From a virus: 64,000 nt of DNA. Every line of letters starts with the position of its first letter. Position 1 is the stretch's first letter. The notes under the pieces were generated by a model. The model did no database searches, was not told where the DNA came from, and saw only the letters and a list, made by a program, of their open reading frames with translations. Positions 35,789-43,468 of this stretch are shown piece by piece. The stretch is taken from IMG/VR virus record IMGVR_UViG_3300021185_002756, positions 34,238 to 98,237 of that record. One strand, written 5' to 3'. The translations under genes and the position numbers were made by a program.

Positions 35789-36589
35789 ATGAAAATACAC
35801 TTTGATTTAATTTCTGATCTACATGTAGATACCTGGGACGAAGATTTCTCCTGGGAAGGAAAAGCAACCAGTCCTTATGCAGTGGTAATTGGTGATGTTA
35901 GTAGAGAACGTGCTGACATGCATCCTGTGCTGAAAGAAATTGCAAGTAATTATCTTATGACTATGTTTGTTGATGGTAACGATGAACATCGATGGGGATT
36001 AGATGATCTACGCATCAGTTATGAAACACTTACAGAAGACATTGGCGAAATAGAAAACTTTATATGGCTTAAAGATGATTGTTTGGTAATTGACAATGTG
36101 GCTTTTGTTGGCACAAACGGTTGGTGTTCGTATGATTTTGGACTAGGCGAATCAAATCAAGCATATACAGATTGTAAAGAATGGACAAAATCCACATACA
36201 AAGTATCTATGTGGGCACTACAACAAGTAGAAGCAATGGCAATGAGTGATGCAGGTTTCTTATGTAGAACAGTGAAAAAGTTGCAAACCCATCCTGATAT
36301 AACAAAAATAGTAATGCTTAGCCATTTTGTACCTGATGCTCGATTACTTAAACATGATGTACACTTAGATAGTACACACCGTTTAGGCACAACTGGCAAT
36401 AGTTTTCTCACAAAATGTATAGAAGAAGATCATGAGAAGAAGATTGATACTTGGTGCTTTGGACACTATCACAGTGATATAGAGCAACAACTAGATGGAA
36501 TACGTTATTTAAACAATGCTAGAGGACGCGGCGGCACAGAATGGTGTAAGCCAGTTTACTATCCTAAACGCATTGAAATTGACTTTTAG
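35789..36589 (+). CDS. Calcineurin-like metallophosphoesterase
   Basis: ISDLH, IGD, GNDEH, SHFVP, FGHYH, NARG. Confidence 0.88.
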   Translation: MKIHFDLISDLHVDTWDEDFSWEGKATSPYAVVIGDVSRERADMHPVLKEIASNYLMTMFVDGNDEHRWGLDDLRISYETLTEDIGEIENFIWLKDDCLVIDNVAFVGTNGWCSYDFGLGESNQAYTDCKEWTKSTYKVSMWALQQVEAMAMSDAGFLCRTVKKLQTHPDITKIVMLSHFVPDARLLKHDVHLDSTHRLGTTGNSFLTKCIEEDHEKKIDTWCFGHYHSDIEQQLDGIRYLNNARGRGGTEWCKPVYYPKRIEIDF

Positions 36590-38073
36590 TTTATGTTTCT
36601 AATTGGGATAATACGCATCTTATTAAACTTGTAGGCTTCGACGTGTCCTTTAATTGTTTTAAGACGTTGCACACCTCTATGTATAGGCCATTTATATTTT
36701 ATCGCTTCGTTATGAACTTCTAACCGTCTACGTATTCGTTCTTCAAAAGTAAGATCAGGATTTGCTTTACTAGTCCACACTAACCTATTAATAGTTTCAC
36801 TACCGTCGGCATTGTATGCTTTTGTTGGAAACACTATTCCATGACTATCGATCATACGTTCAAGTGGTGTGTTTACCATAAACTGTAAACTTGTACTAAG
36901 ATCAATGCCTGCTATTGTGCCAGTTGCTACATACTTTTGCCAACGAGCATACATTGCAAGGTTATCTTTGTGATCTTGAAGTGTTTCTGTATGGTATCCT
37001 ATTATCATTAAATAGAAACATCTTAGTCCTACTCTTCGAAAATGTTCTAAATGATAATCTATATCTTCATTGGTAAACTTTTTGTCCATCTCCCACCGTA
37101 TTTTGTCACTGCCAGTTTCAATTCCAACATAAAACTGATCTCCACCGGCTTGTGATATCATATCAAAATAATCATCAGTAATAGTTTTCTTCTGTTTAAA
37201 AATAAACTGGCCGCCCCATTTAAATCCAGCTTTATGTGTTTGATTGTAAATTGCTAACTTGTTGCACATGTCTCTAAATGCTTTAAGACTGCCATTAATT
37301 AAACTGTCAGTAAAGTAGAACTGGCTGATTCCATGTTTTTCATAGTAGTTTATCATTTCATCTGCAATATTTTGTCCACTGCGATATCTAAATTTTGGCC
37401 AGTATGCGGCAACATCACAATAGGTGCATTTACGTACACATCCTCTGCTGCCAACTATGTTTACTTCACGTCTATCACTATAAAGATAGTCGTATTTGTC
37501 AAAATTTACATCGCTATAGTCCGGAAAACTTTTTGTATTCAAATCACTGACTTGAATCTGTGTTGATTCATTATCTATTCCAGGATAATCTGTATTTCCT
37601 TTTAACAACTCAATTAATGCCTGTTCACCTTCACCGTACACTACATGGCTACATAAACTTGTTTCTAGCATATAACTACCAAATCCTTTTGTACAACCCA
37701 TACCACCTAAAACTATTTCACAGTCTGGATAATACTGTAGTATAAGTTCGCAGGAATGTTTTGTAAACAATTGACTGTTGCCTGTAAAAACACTTATTAG
37801 TACCCTTGTATTCACATCACAGTGTGGAAGTAAATGCTCAACTATAAAGTTTCTTATATTGTGAATTTCTTCTTCAGTAGGTTCTCGAGTTTTTTCCCAT
37901 ACATCTACATATGAATAGTATTCTCTCTCGCCCCAGTCGTTGTACATTTGGATATTTAGGTCTATGCAACTTACTTCGTGTCCTTCACCATGCATTATAC
38001 CTGCTAAAAGAGCAGTTGACACAGGCGGCCGATGAACTTCAAGTTGAGGTACTGCGACTAGTAAATTTTTCAT
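36586..38073 (-). CDS. B12-binding-domain radical SAM protein
   Basis: IVLGG, GEGE, SRGCVRKCTYC (CxxxCxxC), FTDSLING, GIETGS, IIGY.TET. Confidence 0.92.
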   Translation of the reverse strand: MKNLLVAVPQLEVHRPPVSTALLAGIMHGEGHEVSCIDLNIQMYNDWGEREYYSYVDVWEKTREPTEEEIHNIRNFIVEHLLPHCDVNTRVLISVFTGNSQLFTKHSCELILQYYPDCEIVLGGMGCTKGFGSYMLETSLCSHVVYGEGEQALIELLKGNTDYPGIDNESTQIQVSDLNTKSFPDYSDVNFDKYDYLYSDRREVNIVGSRGCVRKCTYCDVAAYWPKFRYRSGQNIADEMINYYEKHGISQFYFTDSLINGSLKAFRDMCNKLAIYNQTHKAGFKWGGQFIFKQKKTITDDYFDMISQAGGDQFYVGIETGSDKIRWEMDKKFTNEDIDYHLEHFRRVGLRCFYLMIIGYHTETLQDHKDNLAMYARWQKYVATGTIAGIDLSTSLQFMVNTPLERMIDSHGIVFPTKAYNADGSETINRLVWTSKANPDLTFEERIRRRLEVHNEAIKYKWPIHRGVQRLKTIKGHVEAYKFNKMRIIPIRNIN

Positions 38074-38603
38074 ATCTTTAATATTTCTTTTATCTCGTCC
38101 ATTAATTCTTTATGGTCGTCATAGTAGTTGCGACTCTCATAATCACTAAAATAACTTACTGTGCGAGTTTCATCACCTGTGGTGTTAGCAAGATCAATTA
38201 TCCAATTATATGGATTATCGTTTGTGTCAATTTGCCAGTAACCATTGAATCTAATTGTTTGATCAAAAGTAGTGGTCGTGCCTTGCTCGACACTGTTGTA
38301 TGGTAACTTGTGTAAATAGTGTTCAAAATTTACATCATTTAGAGATATATTTTTCAGTACAATGTACTTATCAGCAGTAATATTTCCGTTGTCGTCTAGG
38401 CAGGTATCCCAAACGTCATTTGCCCCAAAAGATTTATTTTTCATACCAATTGTAAAAGGTTTGTCTTCAATTTGCATATCTACTTTCTGCGAATTGATTA
38501 CGAACTCTTCGTATATTATTTTATTATTTTGTTTTATTGTAAATTTTGGCCATGAGTTGCAATAGAAACCTTCAATTTCCATTTCAAGATGCATGTCATA
38601 CAT
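38070..38603 (-). CDS. Hypothetical protein
   Basis: 177-aa ORF coupled to the radical SAM gene. Confidence 0.75.
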   Translation of the reverse strand: MYDMHLEMEIEGFYCNSWPKFTIKQNNKIIYEEFVINSQKVDMQIEDKPFTIGMKNKSFGANDVWDTCLDDNGNITADKYIVLKNISLNDVNFEHYLHKLPYNSVEQGTTTTFDQTIRFNGYWQIDTNDNPYNWIIDLANTTGDETRTVSYFSDYESRNYYDDHKELMDEIKEILKI

Positions 38604-38901
38604 CCGGCTCTAGTTTAACTTGTAAAGGAAATCCAGCACCTCGTGCCATCACAGTGACTTCAACTCCTTTTTGTTCTGCCATTTCGTAAGGTAGAACTGC
38701 TACCACTGCACTGCCTTTTTCATGTATATCCAACATAATTGTTTCAGCAGTTTCTGCTTTGTAACTAAACACTTCCATTAACGTTTTGATTACAAACTCC
38801 ATCGCAGTTTCATTGTCGTTGACATATATCAACTTAAATAGATTTGGTTCCTTGAGTTGTGTGTCAACTATAATCCGTGTACCTGGTTCTGCGTTGGTCA
38901 T
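38596..38901 (-). CDS. clpS: ATP-dependent Clp protease adaptor ClpS
   Basis: EP.LFKLIYVNDNETAMEFV...IMLDIHEKGSAVV...YEMAEQK...GFPL. Confidence 0.92.
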   Translation of the reverse strand: MTNAEPGTRIIVDTQLKEPNLFKLIYVNDNETAMEFVIKTLMEVFSYKAETAETIMLDIHEKGSAVVAVLPYEMAEQKGVEVTVMARGAGFPLQVKLEPDV

Positions 38902-38961
38902 TTACTCTCTCTATGTTTATTATTAGTGAAGAGTTTCCCCTCCACTAATACTTATCGTTGG

Positions 38962-39405
38962 TTATTTGATTTCAATAGTTTTTGGCTTCAATGCTTCTGG
39001 AACTATTTTTTCTAAGTTAATTCTTAGTACTCCGTCTGTCATTGTTGCACCTGTAACCTTTACATGTTCTGCTAGGTTAAAGGTTCTAGTGAAGTTACGT
39101 TGTGAAATACCTTTGTGCAAGTATTCAATGCCGTTGGCTTCATCTTCGCCGTCGACCTTCTTTGGCTGATTGCCAGTGATAGTCAATGTACCATTTTCCA
39201 TTTCTACACTAACATCTGCTTTAACAAAACCAGCTGCCGCTATTTCTATAGTGTACAACTCATCACCAGTACGTATAATATTGTAAGGTGGATAGTTCTG
39301 TTGTGATGCCGTATCAATATTGCTTGTAATTCTATCAAACAGTTGATTGAATCCAATTGAGTTACGGTAAAATGGGTTTAGGTCGAGTGAGGTTATTCTT
39401 GTCAT
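38962..39405 (-). CDS. Small heat-shock protein Hsp20 (IbpA-like)
   Basis: IGFNQLFD, NYPPYNI, YLHKGISQRNF.RTF.LAEHV, DGVL.I.L...PE..KPKTIEI. Confidence 0.97.
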   Translation of the reverse strand: MTRITSLDLNPFYRNSIGFNQLFDRITSNIDTASQQNYPPYNIIRTGDELYTIEIAAAGFVKADVSVEMENGTLTITGNQPKKVDGEDEANGIEYLHKGISQRNFTRTFNLAEHVKVTGATMTDGVLRINLEKIVPEALKPKTIEIK

Positions 39406-39461
39406 TTTTTTCTCCTTTATAAAAGCAAGATTTAAATGTAAGTCCTATTAAGCAACTTACA
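39406..39461 (-). promoter_or_regulatory. ROSE-like RNA thermometer in hsp20 5' UTR
   Basis: 3' hairpin UCUUGCUUU-UAU-AAAGGAGA sequesters the SD with the U(U/C)GCU bulged-G motif; 5' hairpin UGUAAGU/ACUUACA. Confidence 0.75.
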
Positions 39462-39465
39462 ATAT

Positions 39466-39496
39466 TATTTATACACGGAAACTGGTACATTGTAAA
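39466..39496 (-). promoter_or_regulatory. hsp20 promoter: sigma70-like overlapping late box
   Basis: TTTACA-N17-TATAAA with TATAAATA. Confidence 0.65.
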
Positions 39497-39506
39497 GAGT
39501 TTTGGT

Positions 39507-39550
39507 AAAAAAAAGTTGCAAGGAAATGAATAAAAAAACCTTGCAACTTT
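39507..39550 (-). terminator. Intrinsic terminator
   Basis: AAAGTTGCAAGG/CCTTGCAACTTT stem followed by T-run. Confidence 0.8.
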
Positions 39551-39588
39551 ATTGTTAGAAGGGATAGGAGTCCCTTGTCAAATTTTGA

Positions 39589-41931
39589 TTAGAATGACCA
39601 AGTGTACTTTACACTAGCATTCTTATCACCGCTTTGACTTACGGCAGTACTAACTTTGATCTTAGTATTAGTATCTAAGACAAAGTCGTAATTTGCTTTC
39701 AAGTAACCATTTACGTGTGTTGGCAACTTGAATTTATGTTCTGTGTACTGTAGGTTACCTCTCATGTCAACACTAGTAGGAACGTTTGCTTTAACATTAC
39801 CTTTTAGCATCACAGGATGTACTCCAGCACCAAGTTCTAAGCCACCTTTTTTGTAACCTAGCTCTGTCCATGCACCTACCTGATCACTTACATCAGTTAC
39901 CAAACCTTTAGTAAAGTTTGTTTTAACATGCATAAGACTGGCTTTAGCAGTAAATCCACCTTGTTTGTAACTTACAACACTGTCAACAATGTTAGTGTTT
40001 TCAACTTCGCCCCATACACCTGAGAAGCCCATCCAAGGATTACTGTTTAACTTTGACATATGCACACTGTATGTTGTACCATCACCAGTTTCTTCGTCTG
40101 CATTAGACCACATGTTGTAGCCCATTGTAAACTGTTGTGACTCGTTGTCAACACCTACAGTAACACCATCAGCAGTTCTAGTGTTAAAACTAGCAATACT
40201 GTTGAACATTACTGCACCGTCTGTGTCAATATTGGTAGGAGCAAGATTCACTGCATAGTTTCTGCCAATGCCGTCTAGTGCTTGTCCTGTAACATTACCA
40301 ACATCAAAACCATACACACTACCATTTAGAGCTAAGCCATTCATCTGCAATGTACCAATTGGTTGGAATGCTTTGTTGATATCAATTATTGTACCACCTG
40401 CAAATGCTTGTCCAGTATCAACTAGTGCTTGAGTGGCTTGTGCATCACTCAAGTAACTCCATGCATTCTGTATCATGTTTACGGCAGTTCCAGCGGCAAT
40501 AGTTGTGCCATCTAATTTACTCATGAACACAGTGATATTTGTATCAGCACCGCTAAGTGCAGTACTTGCCCATGTTACAAGATACTTGTTACCATCATCA
40601 CCTGTAAAGATATTAACAGTACTACCGTTAGTTGTATTACCACTTATACTTGCAACATCAGTTATAAAACCTTTCAAAACATTCTGATAGGCCGCAACAT
40701 ATTTGTTATCAGTAGTTTTAAGTAAGAACTGATGACTGTCTTGTCCATCACCGTTGCCGTACTCACTACCACTCACAAGTATATCTGTTTTGCCATCGCC
40801 ATTTATGTCAAAGAATCTTGGCTTGTATGTACTTGCAGTATCTGTTTTGTATCCTATAAGTGTGGAACTTGTAGTATCTGTGAAGTTACCACTACCATCG
40901 TTCTGTAAAAACTGTATCTCACTAAGTTCGGTGTTCCAGTTACTACTTGTTCTACTGAACACAATAACATCTGCATTACCATCTTCGTTATAATCATGAT
41001 TGACTACTCTTACATGGTGATCACTATTTGCACTGTTTGCCGCTGCAGGTAAATCTGCAATCCAAGTGTATTTTACATCACCATTACTAAAGTCTACACT
41101 GTACATTTTAGTGTCATTAGTATTACTACAACTGGCCGCAGTTCCATTTGTTGGACAAGCAGCATCTGTAATAATGATTTCGTTGTTGCCACCGTTGTTC
41201 ATAAAATTACCAATAGTTGCACCTGAACCACCAAAACGTAAATCACCTGCTTGTCCACGTGAGTCTATCTTTGTAGTGAATCCATTAACTTGATTGTTTA
41301 GTGCTACTGTACTATTATAACCATAGTCTAACATGAATATGTCTTTGTATCCATCGTTGTTTAGATCGCCAACATCACTGCCATGTGACCAAATGTTTGC
41401 TGTTGGAATACTTACTTTTGTAAAGTTTGATCCGTTGTTCTTAAAAAACGTAGCAGGACCATATGATGCTCTATCTGTACTGTGCGAAACAAACATATCT
41501 TGCTTGCCAGTATTAAAGAAGTCTGCAAATTTTACATCAGGCTCTGTACCTATAATCACGTTGTCTGTGCCTGAGAACCATTGTGAAGTTTTGTCAACCA
41601 TCTGCCCATTCTCAAACGAATGCACACTGAGTCTATTACTGTTTGTGTTACCATCAAATGGCATTGTTTCTCTGCCTGCAATAACCATGTCATCACTGGC
41701 ACCATCGCCATCTAGGTCGGTAATAAATGTATCACCTACAAATGGTGAATTTTCGTTGCCACCAGCAAATACATCTACAGTTGCCTGTGCAACTGGTCTT
41801 TGATATACTAAACTTACGCCTGGATTATTGGTGTAGCCACCTCCGCCACCACCTCCGCCACCTCCGCCACAAGCGGAAAGAGCAGTTGCACCTAGTAAAG
41901 CCACAATTAGTTTGTTATTTGATTTTTTCAT
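39589..41931 (-). CDS. FG-GAP/VCBS-repeat lipoprotein with autotransporter-like C-terminal beta domain
   Basis: Lipobox LSAC plus Gly11; DLDGDG, GDLNNDGYKDI, DYNEDGNADV, DINGDGKTDI; amphipathic beta C-terminus ending YTWSF. Confidence 0.75.
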   Translation of the reverse strand: MKKSNNKLIVALLGATALSACGGGGGGGGGGGYTNNPGVSLVYQRPVAQATVDVFAGGNENSPFVGDTFITDLDGDGASDDMVIAGRETMPFDGNTNSNRLSVHSFENGQMVDKTSQWFSGTDNVIIGTEPDVKFADFFNTGKQDMFVSHSTDRASYGPATFFKNNGSNFTKVSIPTANIWSHGSDVGDLNNDGYKDIFMLDYGYNSTVALNNQVNGFTTKIDSRGQAGDLRFGGSGATIGNFMNNGGNNEIIITDAACPTNGTAASCSNTNDTKMYSVDFSNGDVKYTWIADLPAAANSANSDHHVRVVNHDYNEDGNADVIVFSRTSSNWNTELSEIQFLQNDGSGNFTDTTSSTLIGYKTDTASTYKPRFFDINGDGKTDILVSGSEYGNGDGQDSHQFLLKTTDNKYVAAYQNVLKGFITDVASISGNTTNGSTVNIFTGDDGNKYLVTWASTALSGADTNITVFMSKLDGTTIAAGTAVNMIQNAWSYLSDAQATQALVDTGQAFAGGTIIDINKAFQPIGTLQMNGLALNGSVYGFDVGNVTGQALDGIGRNYAVNLAPTNIDTDGAVMFNSIASFNTRTADGVTVGVDNESQQFTMGYNMWSNADEETGDGTTYSVHMSKLNSNPWMGFSGVWGEVENTNIVDSVVSYKQGGFTAKASLMHVKTNFTKGLVTDVSDQVGAWTELGYKKGGLELGAGVHPVMLKGNVKANVPTSVDMRGNLQYTEHKFKLPTHVNGYLKANYDFVLDTNTKIKVSTAVSQSGDKNASVKYTWSF
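41836..41870 (-). repeat. Poly-Gly coding microsatellite (GGN)11
   Basis: CCACCTCCG-type repeats after the lipobox Cys. Confidence 0.8.
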
Positions 41932-41938
41932 TGTAAAG

Positions 41939-42000
41939 TCTCCTATTCTCTAACAATATAAACAGTATAGCACAGTATTAGACATTGTCAACCTTTTTAT
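41939..42000 (-). promoter_or_regulatory. Early promoter+RBS cassette
   Basis: AAAAAGGTTGACA-N16-TATACT...GTTAGAGAATAGGAGA. Confidence 0.88.
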
Positions 42001-42217
42001 TCATATCGGCGTATTCACGTCTATAACTGTGTATTAGTTCTTCTGTTTCTTTATTTGCAAAGATACCAATGTCATTGATAGGATCGTACTCTATGTAACT
42101 ACGTCTGTCATGCACAGGATGTATGAAGTCAGGCAGACCCCAAACTCTTACTGCACTTACGTACTCATAGCCTCTAAAACCAAAAAAATGAACTTGTTTA
42201 CCTTTATACATACACAT
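41978..42217 (-). CDS. Hypothetical protein
   Basis: VHFFGFRG.EY.SAVRVWG.PDF.H..HD.R; preceded by TTGACC-N17-TATACT (42218-42246). Confidence 0.7.
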   Translation of the reverse strand: MCMYKGKQVHFFGFRGYEYVSAVRVWGLPDFIHPVHDRRSYIEYDPINDIGIFANKETEELIHSYRREYADMNKKVDNV

Positions 42218-42259
42218 AGTATAACCGTATTGTGCAAAAAGGTCAACCTTTTTTTGGTT

Positions 42260-43468
42260 TTAGGCAGCAATTTTTGTAGGATATTTTACTAATTCAGTCG
42301 TGATTTCAACTTCAGTAATTTTTTGTTTTGCATATTCTTTTAAACTAAACATATGCGGCATTAGAATACGTTCAAGTTCTGCTTGTAAACTTCTTGCACC
42401 AGTTTTTCTTTTTGAAGCATTGGTTGCTATTTCTAGTAGTGCCTCATCACTAAAACGTAACTTCACTCCATCTGTTTCGAATAGATAGGTATATTGTGCA
42501 ATTAGACTATTACGTATTTCTGTTAGTACATGTACTAGTTGTTCTTTTGTGAGTTCTGTTAAGCCCACCCATGTTGGAAATCGTCCAACAAATTCTGGAA
42601 TCATACCAAATTTTACTAGATCATCTGGTTCAAGATCATCTAGTTTTCCTTGATCCGTTGTTTTTACATCAACGCCAAAACCAATTCCTGAGCCTTCGGC
42701 ACGACGTTTAATAACTTCGTTAATACCAACAAAGGCTCCGCCAGCAATAAACAGTATATTGCTTGTATCAACTTCGACCATTTCTGCTTGTGGATTTTTT
42801 CTGTTGGCTCCAGGAAGTGGCACTCTACACACTGTACCTTCTACTACTTTTAACAATGCCTGTTGTACACCTTCACCACTAACATCACGTGTAATACTTG
42901 TATTTTCGCTTTTACGTGATATTTTATCAACTTCATCTAAAAATATTATACCTTGTTGACACTTTTCAACATTGCCACCTGCATTGCTTAATAGTTTACC
43001 AATTAATGTTTCTACATCATCTCCGACATAACCAGCTTCTGTTATGCTTGTTGCATCTGTTACAGCAAAAGGAACATCTAAATACCTGGCTACTGATTTT
43101 GCAAGTAATGTTTTACCGCAACCTGTTGGTCCTAATAGCAATACATTTGCTTTATCCAATTCTAAATCTTTTGATGTGTTGCTTATTCTTTTATAATGAT
43201 TTGCAACTGCGACAGATAATGTTATTTTTGCATCTTCTTGACCAACTACATATTTGTCAAGAAATACTTTCAATTCTACTGGATCTATGTCTTTGAAATT
43301 TAAAGGTTTTACTGTATTGCGAGCTAGTTCTGTAAGCAAATCACCGCATAAATTAACACACTCATTGCATATGGCTACACTATCCCCAACTATGAGCTTT
43401 TCGACGTCGTTCTTGGCTTTATTACAAAAATTACACTTGTCGTATTGTTCTTTATCTGCGGTTGCCAT
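42260..43468 (-). CDS. clpX: ATP-dependent Clp protease ATP-binding subunit ClpX
   Basis: CNFC/CNEC Zn domain, GPTGCGKT, EAGYVG, DEVDKI, RDVSGEGVQQALLK, IGF loop, TGARSL. Confidence 0.97.
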   Translation of the reverse strand: MATADKEQYDKCNFCNKAKNDVEKLIVGDSVAICNECVNLCGDLLTELARNTVKPLNFKDIDPVELKVFLDKYVVGQEDAKITLSVAVANHYKRISNTSKDLELDKANVLLLGPTGCGKTLLAKSVARYLDVPFAVTDATSITEAGYVGDDVETLIGKLLSNAGGNVEKCQQGIIFLDEVDKISRKSENTSITRDVSGEGVQQALLKVVEGTVCRVPLPGANRKNPQAEMVEVDTSNILFIAGGAFVGINEVIKRRAEGSGIGFGVDVKTTDQGKLDDLEPDDLVKFGMIPEFVGRFPTWVGLTELTKEQLVHVLTEIRNSLIAQYTYLFETDGVKLRFSDEALLEIATNASKRKTGARSLQAELERILMPHMFSLKEYAKQKITEVEITTELVKYPTKIAA

